A stretch of DNA of 64,000 nucleotides, taken from positions 3,348,001 through 3,412,000 of the forward strand of contig OZ024752.1 of assembly GCA_964016885.1 (NCBI GenBank), in the 5' to 3' direction. Each line of letters starts with the position of its first letter. The first letter of the stretch is position 1. The notes below the pieces were generated by a model. The model did no database searches and was not told the origin of the DNA. It worked only from the letters and a program-made list of their open reading frames with translations. This stretch comes from Eledone cirrhosa (taxonomy: Eukaryota). This document shows positions 18,648-36,072 of the stretch, piece after piece. A program made the translations under genes and the position numbers.

Positions 18648-18664
18648 GTATATGTATATATATG

Positions 18665-18702
<38 letters not shown>

Positions 18703-18725
18703 TATGTATATAAATATGTATATAA

Positions 18726-18768
<43 letters not shown>

Positions 18769-18774
18769 AATATG

Positions 18775-18806
<32 letters not shown>

Positions 18807-18814
18807 TAAATATG

Positions 18815-18846
<32 letters not shown>

Positions 18847-18956
18847 TAAATATGTATATATATATATGTATATAAATATGTATATATATACATGTATATA
18901 TATATATATATATAAATATGTATATATATATATGTATATATATATATATAAATATG

Positions 18957-18988
<32 letters not shown>

Positions 18989-18996
18989 TAAATATG

Positions 18997-19137
<141 letters not shown>

Positions 19138-19164
19138 GTATATATATATATGTATATAAATATG

Positions 19165-19196
<32 letters not shown>

Positions 19197-19218
19197 TAAA
19201 TATGTATATATATATATG

Positions 19219-19250
<32 letters not shown>

Positions 19251-19258
19251 TAAATATG

Positions 19259-19290
<32 letters not shown>

Positions 19291-19370
19291 TGTGTATATG
19301 TATATATATATGTATATATATATATATAAATATGTATATATATATATGTATATATATAAATATATATGTG

Positions 19371-19437
<67 letters not shown>

Positions 19438-19460
19438 GTATATATATAAATATATATGTG

Positions 19461-19954
<494 letters not shown>

Positions 19955-19970
19955 TGTGTATATATATATG

Positions 19971-20069
<99 letters not shown>

Positions 20070-20098
20070 ATACGTATATATATATAAGTTATATATAT

Positions 20099-20711
20099 TT
20101 TGTCCTAAGCCGCCTGGACTACTGCTCCCAGCTGTGGTCACCCCATAGTGTCAAACTAACCACAGAGCTTGAGGCAATCCAGCGAAGCTACACCAAGAGG
20201 ATTACCAAGATGAGGGAGACAAGCTACTGGGAGAGGCTGAAGGAACTGAACCTCTACTCCTTGGAGCGAAGACGGGAGAGATACGCAGTGATCTACATGT
20301 GGAAAATCCTGGAGGGACTAGCACCAAACTTTGGCATTGGGAGCTGGACCAACCGTCGAACAGGACGTCACTGTGTGGTGCCAAAGATCCCGTCTTCCAG
20401 AATAAGGAGCAGGTATTGCAATAGCCTGGGATTCAAGGGCCCTCAACTCTTCAACAGGCTGCCGAGGCATCTGCGAGACTTGCATGACGTGGAGGTGGAT
20501 GTCTTTAAGAAACATCTCGACACCTTGTTATCCAGGATCCCGGATGAGCCCACAGCAAGACACGAGGGAAACCTAAGGGCAGCAGCAACAAACTCCCTCC
20601 TACACCAGTGGCCAACCTATACAGGCTGGAGATAAAATGTGTAGCAACAAGGGCGGTGCCCCAGCATGGCTTCAGCCGGATGGCTGAAACAGGTAAAAGA
20701 GTAAAAGAGAA
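20099..20711 (+). mobile_element. CR1-type LINE family 2 fragment (duplicate of 12947-13559)
   Basis: Identical translation, offset ~7152. Confidence 0.92.
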
Positions 20712-20713
20712 TA

Positions 20714-21012
<299 letters not shown>

Positions 21013-21025
21013 GTATATATATATG

Positions 21026-21136
<111 letters not shown>

Positions 21137-21147
21137 GTATATATATG

Positions 21148-21289
<142 letters not shown>

Positions 21290-21485
21290 TGTATTTATAT
21301 ATATGTATTTATATATATATATATATATGTATTTATATATATGTATTTATATATATATATATATATGTATTTATATATATGTATTTATATATATATATAT
21401 ATATGTATTTATATATATATATATGTATTTATATATATATATATGTATTTATATATATATATATGTATTTATATATATACATATG

Positions 21486-21540
<55 letters not shown>

Positions 21541-21611
21541 GTATTTATATATATATATATGTATTTATATTTATATATATATGTATTTATATATATATAT
21601 ATATATATATG

Positions 21612-21704
<93 letters not shown>

Positions 21705-21749
21705 TTATATATATATATATATATGTATTTATATATATATATATATATG

Positions 21750-21788
<39 letters not shown>

Positions 21789-21809
21789 TTATATGTATTT
21801 ATATGTATT

Positions 21810-21852
<43 letters not shown>

Positions 21853-21879
21853 GTATTTATATGTATTTATATACATATA

Positions 21880-21912
<33 letters not shown>

Positions 21913-21932
21913 TATGTATTTATATACATATA

Positions 21933-21973
<41 letters not shown>

Positions 21974-22108
21974 TTATATATATATATATATGTATTTATA
22001 TATATATATATATGTATTTATATATATATATATATGTATTTATATATATATATATATATGTATTTATATATATATATATATATGTATTTATATATATATA
22101 TATATATG

Positions 22109-22150
<42 letters not shown>

Positions 22151-22155
<5 letters not shown>

Positions 22156-22541
22156 AATAAATAACAAAGAACGCTTATAGCATATGCATATCTTTACTTG
22201 CTAACATTGTTTCATCCGCACTATAAGTGGGACTCATCAGAGCATAAAGGTTAATTACATACCATACAAGCAATAACAAATCCAAGACATTGAAGAATGA
22301 AAGGTAATAATAGACGATAGAGGATAAGAATAAAAATAAAAATAAAAGTAAAAATAAAAATAAAAATAAAAATAAAGTGCGGATGAAACAATGTTAGCAA
22401 GTAAAGATGTGCATATGCTATAAGCGTTCTTTGTTATTTATTTATTATATTACGGCTCTGTCCTCAGACATTGAGCTAACCTCATACTGCCTGCTGGATA
22501 AGTGGAGTGTTATACACCCCTGATCCTTTCCCAAAGCATAC
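22151..22541. mobile_element. PLE-like fold-back family D with hammerhead at 22192-22249(-) (duplicate of 15010-15400)
   Basis: Apparently identical sequence, offset 7141. Confidence 0.75.
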
Positions 22542-22619
22542 TATATATATATATATGTATTTATATATATATATGTATTTATATATATATATATATGTAT
22601 TTATATATATATATATATG

Positions 22620-22656
<37 letters not shown>

Positions 22657-22681
22657 TTATATATATATATATATATGTATT

Positions 22682-22726
<45 letters not shown>

Positions 22727-22793
22727 GTATTTATATATATATATATATGTATTTATATATATATATATATGTATTTATATATATATATATATG

Positions 22794-22828
<35 letters not shown>

Positions 22829-22851
22829 TTATATATATATATATATGTATT

Positions 22852-22885
<34 letters not shown>

Positions 22886-22913
22886 TATGTATTTAAATAT
22901 ATATATATGTATT

Positions 22914-22948
<35 letters not shown>

Positions 22949-22950
<2 letters not shown>

Positions 22951-23640
22951 GGCCCGCAGAATGTGTTCCTGGATCCTCAGAACCTTCCAGTCGAGAGATT
23001 CCCACACCATTATCCTTCTCTTCTCTACTTTTGCCCGACCACACCTTGAATACTGTTGTCCAGTGTGGTCTCCCCACACGAAACAAAGTATCATGAAACT
23101 TTAAGCTCCTCAAAGGGCAATCACGAAAAAGATAGATGGCATGTCAGACCTTGACTACTGGGGTCGATTAGAAAACCTGAAACTTTACTCACTCCAACGT
23201 CGCCGTGAGCGTTATATTATCTGCATGATGTGGAAAATGTTCCATCATCACTGCCCAAATGATGTTGGCATCGCCTTCAAGATACACCCAAGGCTTGGGC
23301 CCCGTGCTATCCGTCCCATTCAAAAATCTAAATCGCAACTCATAACAACAATACGGCACAATTATTTCACCTCAATCGGCCCTGCTCTCTTCAACATCAC
23401 ACCAGGACACGTCAAAACAGAAACTGACCACACAAAATTCAAGAAGTCTTTGGACAAATTCCTCCAAGTAATCCCGCACAAACCACCCACACCCGGATAT
23501 GTCTCCGCAAACAGTAATTCTCTTCTCGAATGGGCCATGGTGCCCAAATCCTGAATTGAAAGACTTCGCCAAATCGTGCTATTAAGTTAGACATGGACTG
23601 GGCCAATACTGGCCAAAACATTTCAAAGTTATTCAAAGTT
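22949..23640 (+). mobile_element. CR1-type LINE family 1 3' fragment (duplicate of 15812-16504)
   Basis: Near-identical, offset ~7136. Confidence 0.93.
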
Positions 23641-23823
23641 ATATATGTGTACATATATGTATATATATATATGTGTACATATATGTATATATATATATAT
23701 ATGTACATATATGTATATATATATATATATGTACATATATGTATATACATATATGTACATATTTGTATATATATATATGTACATATATTTATATATATAT
23801 ATATATGTATATATATGTACATG

Positions 23824-23856
<33 letters not shown>

Positions 23857-23865
23857 GTATATATA

Positions 23866-23916
<51 letters not shown>

Positions 23917-23977
23917 GTACTTATATATATATATATATCTATATACATATATATATATATATGTACATATATATATG

Positions 23978-24042
<65 letters not shown>

Positions 24043-24073
24043 GTATATATATATATGTATATATATATATATG

Positions 24074-24190
<117 letters not shown>

Positions 24191-24197
24191 GTATATA

Positions 24198-24294
<97 letters not shown>

Positions 24295-24339
24295 GTATAT
24301 ATATACATATGTATATATATATATATATATATGTATATG

Positions 24340-24371
<32 letters not shown>

Positions 24372-24400
24372 TATATGCATATGTATATGTATATATGTAT

Positions 24401-24434
<34 letters not shown>

Positions 24435-24478
24435 GTATATGTATATATGTATATGTATATATATATATGTATATGTAT

Positions 24479-24740
<262 letters not shown>

Positions 24741-24747
24741 GTATATG

Positions 24748-24800
<53 letters not shown>

Positions 24801-24809
24801 GTATATATG

Positions 24810-24928
<119 letters not shown>

Positions 24929-24939
24929 GTATATATATG

Positions 24940-25170
<231 letters not shown>

Positions 25171-25173
25171 ATG

Positions 25174-25218
<45 letters not shown>

Positions 25219-25221
25219 ATG

Positions 25222-25266
<45 letters not shown>

Positions 25267-25331
25267 ATGTATATATATATATGTATATATATATATGTAT
25301 ATGTATATATATATATGTATATATATATATG

Positions 25332-25378
<47 letters not shown>

Positions 25379-25421
25379 GTATATATATGTATATATATAT
25401 ATGTATATATGTATATATATA

Positions 25422-25492
25422 TGTAGATAAATCTACCAAGAGATGTAAGGAACTGTTTCATTGTTTTATTCATTATTTGTTTAATATTTTAT
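25422..25492. mobile_element. mini fragment of PLE-like family H with internal inversion
   Basis: tgtagataaatctaccaagag is the reverse complement of 49692-49712; ttattcattatttgtttaatattttat matches 49551-49577 directly. Confidence 0.65.
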
Positions 25493-25495
25493 ATG

Positions 25496-26153
<658 letters not shown>

Positions 26154-26157
26154 TGTG

Positions 26158-26210
<53 letters not shown>

Positions 26211-26329
26211 GTATATATATATATGTATATATATATAAATGTATATATATATATGTATATATATATATATGTATATATATGTATATATATATGTATATAT
26301 ATATATGTATATATGTATATATATATGTA

Positions 26330-26360
<31 letters not shown>

Positions 26361-26369
26361 ATATATATG

Positions 26370-26402
<33 letters not shown>

Positions 26403-26409
26403 GTATATG

Positions 26410-26497
<88 letters not shown>

Positions 26498-26503
26498 TGT
26501 ATA

Positions 26504-26658
<155 letters not shown>

Positions 26659-26677
26659 GTATATATATGTATATATA

Positions 26678-26747
26678 AGTAGAAGGGGTATTTATTTTGT
26701 TCGATGTCCAACAAATATAAATGTTTATAACTGATTTAGAGCACTCA

Positions 26748-26750
<3 letters not shown>
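26678..26750 (-). mobile_element. PLE-like tail fragment related to family E
   Basis: caacaaatataaatgtttataactgatttagagcactcaa resembles 29030-29068; inside (TA)n. Confidence 0.5.
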
Positions 26751-26793
<43 letters not shown>

Positions 26794-26797
<4 letters not shown>

Positions 26798-27330
26798 GAG
26801 TTAAACAAGATTCAATGAGTACATCAAAGAATGAGTTTTACAGTAGATTGGAGGCACTCTACAAAAAATAATTTTCCCGAGTTATTAATATTAAAATACA
26901 AATGTTAATAATATAGATGTTCTTTTGATCAATTAAATGTTATTATACATATTTCAGAGGTACAACAGTACGTCTTCTGCCAGTGGCCTTCATAAACAGT
27001 AATAATGCAAGAGACGTTTTCCTAGATAGCCATAACTTGTAGTATCCCGCATTTTAAAATCTCTATAGATGTCACATTAAGCAACGTTTTTCTTACTCAC
27101 ACATGCTCTATTGAATTTATTACGTTTTCGCAGTTTCTCATTATTAGGGTATAAATGTTGAGTTTTCTCGTAAGTTAATCACTACCTTGATTAAATCTTA
27201 ACCATTTAACATCTCAGGGTATGTCATGTATCATTATATTTTGTCTGATTATGACGTACTGTTGTACCTCTGAAATATGTATAATAACATTTTATTGATC
27301 AAAAGAACATCTATTTTATTAACATTTGTA

Positions 27331-27338
<8 letters not shown>
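26794..27338. mobile_element. PLE-like fold-back element, family C, degenerate hammerhead
   Basis: IR ~26888-26975 / 27254-27338; minus arm reads cAGAAGA-cGTAC-tgtt-GTAC-ctct-GAAAT-atgta; flanked by pure (TA)n. Confidence 0.65.
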
Positions 27339-27402
<64 letters not shown>

Positions 27403-27989
27403 ATAAGAACAGATTAAAGGTTAAGCAAAGAATCGCTGCTTTCAACATTAAAAGGATCTTCTGAAGCTAAAAAATTTAATCTTTGAACGCCGAAGTAAAT
27501 ATTTCGAGAAAAGTTGCAGCCGAATGAAAACAGGAAGACGATATTCTGGTTCGTGAAGACGTTCCCTCACAATGAACGGAAAAAAACGCGAGGATATTAC
27601 GTCGTTGTGTGGACCGAGAAGAACAAGTTCATGTAAAGACAAGACCAAGTTTATGGTATAAATGGAGTCGTTAGACTAATATTCTATTTAAAATAACCGA
27701 ATGATTTCCAGTCCCGGAGTTTAAGAATGATGTAAATAAAATTGAAAACGTAAATATTGAAGTAAATATTAAAGATTTAGGCCAGTACATACGTATGCGC
27801 CGACGGACATACCCATACATATACATACACACACACGCATGCGCGCACGCACGCGCGTGTGCGTGTGTAAACCTTATGCTTTTCTACAGTAGTTTCACCA
27901 AACTTAAGACATAGGTTACTTATGTACTCCGGATGGTCATGGGCACTTTCATTTTTCCAGATATTTTATTATAGGGCGTCCGAGCAGAC

Positions 27990-28283
27990 AACCACCTTCT
28001 ACCGCTTCATTGCAGTGAAATGCAACAAAACGTCATAACTTCTGGAGTTCGCTACCGATCGTCACAAAACTTGACACATGGGCTACGTTTGTTCTACAGA
28101 TTAATGTGAACTCTCAGAATTGGCACATATTGAGTAGGGGACAGCTGGGGGCAGGAAGCCCCTTTTGGAAAAAGCCGATGATATTGTAAAAGCATAGTTT
28201 TCGAAGCAGCACTGAAGTATTGACATAAATGGTATACATAACTGCTATTTAATACCCGAGCAACGCCGGGTACCTCTGCTAGT
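27990..28283 (+). mobile_element. Helitron 3' end (non-autonomous); 5' limit uncertain
   Basis: Hairpin TACCCG-agcaacgc-CGGGTA at 28253-28272 followed by CTAG|T at 28279-28283, the canonical Helitron terminus. Confidence 0.7.
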
Positions 28284-28888
28284 CTAGAAATAAAAGAGTT
28301 ATCTCTTTCAAATAACACAGTATTACCAAGCAAAAACTTAATAACTAATAGTATCCATGGGACAGAGACAAGAGGGATATGATTAGAATCAATTTGATCA
28401 TGGTTCCGTTGGACCAGAGTTGATCTGAGGTTTAACAATAACCATAGAAAAATGTTATCTCTATAAATTCCGATATTCTCCGTACACTTTCTCTTTACTT
28501 TTGCCAACATAAACTTGAGGATATATAATACATTATATAAAACCATCCCATTTGTTAGAAAATAATCAAATTTTGAAAGTAAACAACTCAAATAAATGGA
28601 AAAAATGATGTTTATTACTATTTCATCTAGATAGGTATCTGTATGTCTACTTGTTACTATTACATTTTATATTAATCTTATTTTAGTTTCATTTGCTTTC
28701 TAAATAATAACGTAACTTTATGTGAATTTATAAATTATTTTTTACCAGATTTATTGTCTACTTTGTATCATGTTTATATTGAGTAATCTTGTAAAAGATT
28801 GAATTGTTAGAAATAAACTTAGGTATAGATTTTTTTTCCGAAAATCTTTTTAAGAAATATTGAACCTACAACCATTAACAAGGGAAAT

Positions 28889-28922
<34 letters not shown>

Positions 28923-28923
28923 A

Positions 28924-28987
<64 letters not shown>

Positions 28988-28999
28988 ATATATATATAT

Positions 29000-29378
29000 G
29001 CAAAAGTTTTATTTAAAATTGTTGGGTTACAACAAGTAAACATTTTATAACTGATATAAAGCACTCGACAAGTTTTTGGAGTAGATATACGATATTAAAC
29101 AAATGGAAACTATATTTAGAAAACCATATTTATTTCATTATACATATTTCAGGGATACCACATTAAATTATGGCATGCCTTCATCAGACAAAATACAATA
29201 TATAACAGTTTTACAAATAGAATTTTAAAAGGGTACGTCAAAGCTATTTGTAAAACTGTTATATATTGTATTTTGTCTGATGAAGGCATACCATAATTTA
29301 ATGTGGTATCCCTGAAATATGTATAATGAAATAAATATGGTTTTCTAAATATAGTTTCCACTTATTAATATCGTATAT
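29000..29378. mobile_element. PLE-like fold-back element, family E, hammerhead on both arms
   Basis: IR ~29085-29220 / 29244-29378 with a 23-nt spacer; CTGATGA-aGG-c-ATACCA...TGGTAT-CC-ct-GAAAT at 29277-29318(+) and 29146-29187(-). Confidence 0.75.
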
Positions 29379-29506
29379 ATATATATATATATTATTATTA
29401 TTATATCTTATATATTATTATATCGTATATATATATATATATTATTAATATCGTATATATATATATATATATATAGTGAAATATTGAAGAATAACATGGT
29501 TGGCTG

Positions 29507-29549
<43 letters not shown>

Positions 29550-29567
29550 AATGTTTGTGTGTGTGAG

Positions 29568-29965
29568 TGTATTAAAATTTCTTATAAGAAATACGATATG
29601 TTTATAGATAAACATTAAGAAAGCCGTATCTATGCAAAGCACCACGGCTAGCGCCCTATAGTGGTGTCCAGCATACGCAAGGGGGACAAACGTCGATGTA
29701 TTTCGAAATTAACTGGTTGATCGCTCCCTCTCTTGCGACTGCTGGATTGGAAAACAGGTGAGAATATATGGTTTTTCCTCTTTGTAAATGAGATGATTGC
29801 ATATGAAGCTGTATAAATTGGCTCAACTTATAATAGAATAGAATTAGGATGTAGCTTGTTGCACCACCAGAGACCATTAGCCCCGGTGTTTTGCGTCGTT
29901 ACGGCTTTCTAAATATTTATCTATAAACATATCGTATTTCTTTAGAAATATGAAATTTCAATACA
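29568..29965. mobile_element. MITE-like element with ~80-bp imperfect TIRs
   Basis: tgtattaaaattt...agaaatacgatatgtttatagataaa...gaaagccgta...gcaaagcacc mirrored at 29878-29965. Confidence 0.6.
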
Positions 29966-29999
29966 TATCTGTATACAGCTATGCATGAAGCTAAATCCT

Positions 30000-30002
<3 letters not shown>

Positions 30003-30057
<55 letters not shown>

Positions 30058-30076
30058 CTCTCTCTCTCTCTCTCTC
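30003..30076. repeat. (CT)n microsatellite
   Basis: Seen directly. Confidence 0.95.
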
Positions 30077-30255
30077 GATGTATATTTATATATACAGGGT
30101 GGCCACAAAATAACTAGACAATTTCATATATATATATATTTGCATAAGACTGGCTAGTGATTTTTATAATATATATGTATATGCATATATATATATATAT
30201 ATATCATAATAGAATATAAAAGAAAAAACAAATACAGATATATAGATATATATGT

Positions 30256-30803
30256 GTTTAAATCGTAAGGGACTTGATTCGCTAAGGTGAAAAAAAATAC
30301 TAACTATAGACAATTGGGTTCGCTTGTCTCAATTTAAGAAAAAATTAAGAAAATAAATACAAACCGGAATTGTGGCAACTACCAATCACCCAGACAACTT
30401 GTTTCGCAAAGTTAATTGTGAATAGATATACTAATCCAAGCTCTTTAATATATTCGGCTCCGTTAATTTGTTGAACTATTTCAAATGTCGAGTAAACCTG
30501 GCTGCTATTTTTGTGGTGTGGGTTGGTGAGACTCTGTAGGATGCCATGTGCGCTGTTTTATATTTTATATATAACATACATAGATGTGTCTAGGATACTG
30601 ATTCATCACCCACTGATGAGCTTGGATTAGTATATCTATTCACAATTAACTTTGCGAAACAACAACAAGTTGTCTGAGTGATTGGTAGTTGCCACAATTC
30701 CGGTTTGTATTTATTTTCTTAACTTTTTTTTATATTGAGACAAGCGAACCCAATTGTCTATAGTTAGTATTCTTTTCACCTTAGCGAATCAGGTCTCTTA
30801 CGA

Positions 30804-30808
<5 letters not shown>
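30256..30808. mobile_element. PLE-like fold-back element, family F
   Basis: ~185-bp imperfect IR 30258-30443 / 30618-30808; hammerhead on the plus arm; ends in (TA)n. Confidence 0.75.
30605..30682 (+). ncRNA. type I hammerhead ribozyme with GUC cleavage triplet
   Basis: ATCACCCA-CTGATGA-GC-(32 nt)-GC-GAAAC-AAC-aacaa-GTT-GTC^TGaGTGAT; the inverted copy has the perfect TGGGTGAT. Confidence 0.82.
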
Positions 30809-30898
<90 letters not shown>

Positions 30899-31256
30899 CG
30901 AAGAGTAGAAAAGAGAGAGAGAGTAGGAGGGGAAGATATGATTAGATAGAGGGTTATAGATGTCTTCTGTAGTCATTTTAACCATATCAAAATAAATGTA
31001 AAACACACACACACACAAACTAACACACCATACACATATTCTATCACATTGGTTCTCATCAGCCTTCTTATGAATATGGTTTTATCCACACATGTGAACA
31101 TAAATGCATATTCATTTCTGTACAGATTCTTTATCACAGAAATAAGCACGCATGCGTGAGTGCGCTCACACACTCACACATTCGTACTTAGTCACAGTAT
31201 GTTTCTTTCTCCCTTGTTACATCTCTCTTTATCTATCTACCGCTATTACTCTCTCT

Positions 31257-32405
<1,149 letters not shown>

Positions 32406-33775
32406 AGCGTGCGTATGGAAAAATGTGTGTGTCTGTGTTCACGCATGTGTAAATATAAATACATGCACACATATGTACAAACATATGTATATAATTAATT
32501 TCTCAATACACACTTACCTACATGCATTAATGAAGACACGTTTATATAGTAGATAGTTACAATGTAAACTACTACTCTAACTGATAGGTATTTTGTTATT
32601 TATACACACGGATAGTTTTCTGGTGATATAATAGAAGTTTATCATAAAAAATATCGCATGAGTGCACGCTAGCAAAATGGAAGTTATATATTACTGAGCG
32701 ACCTTCTACATTTTCTTATTTAGCACTTAAAACACTCTTCTTATATACGTTATCCCGTGTAGTTCACAGAGTGCCATGTCGTGTCGAGCAGATGTAGATT
32801 TGCAATAAACATGCCTACGTACATATGTACATGCTTACTTACATGTAATTATATGTTCTTATATTATATTATATATATATATATATATATATTTGTGTGT
32901 GTTTGTATAATATATAAATCCATATATTCATATATATACACATACATATATTAATATATGTAAGCCAATATATATATATATATATATAAATTTATATATA
33001 TATATATGAATGAATATAAAATAAAATCATTTTTGCTCACACATATCTACATATATGTTTCTGTATGAATTTATATTCTAATGTGTATGTGCGTTTTTGT
33101 ATGCATGCACCTGTTCATTTTAAAAGGTTTAGGAAATTGCCTGGTATAAGAAGCTTTATATTCCAATCCGCACCTATATGTGCACGTGTATTCGTACGCA
33201 AACCTGTAGGAGTTTTTAGTTAATTTCAGATGATATTTCGATAAGCATATATCACTATATTCATCATTTTGATGTATTTTTCCTATACTAGTCTTCGTTT
33301 GATTCAGCGTCCTTTTACGGTGTATCACCAATAATCGTTGCCATCTCTTACCAGTGCACCAACCGTTCAGATCTGTTTTTATCACGCTTTAACCTATTTT
33401 TTGTTGCGTTCTCTCTTGTCTGTCTCATGGAATAAACGCCTCTTGATTGTTCTACAAACATGCGTAAATGCCATTAAATCACGCTATATATATATATGTG
33501 TGTGTGTGTTTTTCCAGAAAATAGTAAGTGATGTTTAAAGTGTCCATATATTCACTGCCATGCAAATCACAGTGTCGAAACCAACGTTTTAAAATCACGG
33601 ATACATTTGGTAATGAAATCATATGTAAAATGTTACCTATTTCTCGCGTACAAAATATGTATGAAACGCTGAAGACGGGAATATAAGGTCATCGCAGATC
33701 TCATTCAAAGGAATGGCTGCAAAATCAGACAATATAAAATCAAACGGAAAAGGAAGGGAAACGCAAGGGCTGTAG

Positions 33776-34148
33776 TGTCACGGAAAAATGTGAATGAGGA
33801 TGGGTTAGGGCGCTGGGCCTAGGGCACGGCGATAATGGGGCTGCGCCCCGCGGACGAGGCCGCAAAGCATTTCTGCGAACTGTGGCCAGCGACAACCACC
33901 TTACCTCACAGAGCTCCTACCTCAGTCGGGACGCCGACACGTCGATTTGGGAAGGAGTTTGGCTCTGTGGGGTCCATGTACGCCTGAGATGTCTTGACGT
34001 CTTATTGGAAAGTTTCAATTCTTTCTTTTCTGCACTGTTGTGTGATCACAATCCCAGCTTATTTTCGATTTTGTCTTTTTGTTGTGTTCTGAATTGTCCT
34101 ACTCGTGGCAAACAACGCCATGGCTTTTACAACCTTGTCGGCGTGACA
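33776..34148. mobile_element. probable solo LTR (373 bp)
   Basis: TGTCACG...CGTGACA termini bounding a GC-richer island; no TSD seen (gtag vs acac). Confidence 0.6.
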
Positions 34149-35189
34149 ACACCAAACAGAATCATTTGGTGTTTTGAAACATACGTATATCACCCACTTG
34201 TTGACTGAGAACTATTTAATAAAGTTAAGTCTAAAATAGCATGGTGGCTGCATACTATTATTGAAGACTATCAACGTGATTTATAACAACTTAAAACAGT
34301 CATAAACATAGACCATAGAAGTATTTTTATTCCACACAACACCAAAATATTAACCTATGTCTTTCTAACTTATTGGTAGAATCTAGTTCGACCTACGTTG
34401 TCGGATCTGGCCTGTCTGCAAGTGATTTGTATGCATATTTAAAGAACTATTATTTCGTTGAATGTCATGTCCTTATTATTAAACATTTTATAAAGAATGC
34501 GAATATGTTATTCATATAATGCTAATCACTATTTTATAAAGTTGTCCAACACAAAGTATAAGTTACGCGCATGTTTATTGTGTTTATGTTAGTGTATGTA
34601 TAATACCTCGCAGTTAAAAACAGAAATGCTTTCATTTTATCTACGCAGCTCCTATGCTAGCTCGATATTACTAGAATTAATTTTCTGATATCGATTACTA
34701 TTGAATACATTTGATATTTCTGCTTTTCAGTAGATGACTTGATAAAAGCCGAATATATCGCCTACATGTTTCTTCAGAGAACAGGCTGCTTCCAATCCGA
34801 TCCAAAATCCTCATATGTAAATATTTCTAACTTTTTAAAAATAGCTATTCCGAATTTAGAGAAGAGAGTGAACGCTTGTCAGCGTTTTCAGCGTGTTTAA
34901 ATGGATTATTCTTTTCATAAACCAAGAGAGTAAACGAACAATTTTTGAAGTAATTAACTTTATCAAAACCATGCCCATAAATAACAAAGACTGGAAGAGA
35001 TATGCCAAGTATTATTAGAGGTTTTTGAAAAAGTGAATGAATAAGCATTCTGAAATAAGCAGGGATTATGTAATAGTTGAAGCCTATATTGTAAGCTTAA
35101 TTCAATAAATGAATATGAAGAAGGAAACCTGGACAGTACCTTTGAAAATATTTCAAAGTTCAGTCTCGAGAATATTCTGATGCATAGGA

Positions 35190-35612
35190 GATTACGATCG
35201 CGAATAAGAGCGGCCGAAATTGGATTCCCCCGAAGGGTCTTTGGAGTAACGTTACTCGATAAAATGCGTAGCTCAGAGATCAGAGAGTCACTCTATGAAG
35301 AGCTGCTACTTCTCTGAATTGAGAGATCACAGCTCCGATACAATGGACATGTGGTTAGAATGTCTTAGGAAAGAATCGCTGGACAGATTTTACTGGCAAA
35401 AACCAACTGGCAGGAGACCCAGGGATAGACACCGTGCAAGATGGTTTGATAACACTCATGAGCTTGGCTGGTCACGCTTGGGTATCCAGCCGGATGAGTT
35501 GGAGATGGTTGCTTCTGACAGGACTCGCTGGATGAAGCGTTTGATGATTCTGCTCCCACGATCCTCTGAGTAATAAATGGGCTAAGAGGAAGATGAGGAT
35601 GATGATGATGAA
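35190..35612 (+). mobile_element. degenerate RTE-clade LINE 3' end with (GAT)n tail
   Basis: AAEIGFPRRVFGVTLLDKMRSSEIRESL...RSQLRYNGHVVRM...PTGRRPRDRHRARWFD; stops and a frameshift. Confidence 0.85.
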
Positions 35613-35744
35613 ATGAAACAATAAACAGTCAGATTTTATGATGCAATGTTAAATGGTCTGATCCATGCTAGTGCAGGTAACTGTTGTTATAATAAAAGTT
35701 AAAACCTATCCAGCAGCTCACGGAGATTGAGCTTATCCTTGTTT

Positions 35745-35945
35745 CATTAACGTAAATTGAGTGGGAGTTGAGGATTCCCACCTGCCAATACGTCTGTCTC
35801 AGGGCTACAAAACTGTTCTTGATACTCTTTCTTCGTCTTGCTTCATTGGAGTAGTATGATAATAATCGCCTTAAATTAACAACGAGCCGAATAGTTTGGG
35901 AATTGAACGCATAACCATGCAAGTCCAATACCTTAACCACATGCT
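35745..35945 (-). mobile_element. degenerate tRNA-derived SINE
   Basis: Minus strand begins gcatgtggttaaggtattggacttgcatggttatgcgttcaattccc (A- and B-box-like). Confidence 0.45.
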
Positions 35946-36072
35946 TTACAAAATAACAACTACCGCAAAAATGACGCCAACAATAGGAATTAGGGTGACA
36001 AGACTGGTTGTAGTGGGCGATAGTGGTGGGGATTAGGATGATTATGATGATAGTTATGGGGATAATATTAAT

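Noticed and set aside
30093-30165. tacagggtggcc Tc1/mariner-like TIR start; similar at 40054-40080
   Set aside because: No convincing partner TIR or transposase sequence
33669-33700. CTGAAGA followed by cggg
   Set aside because: No closing stem II and GAAA
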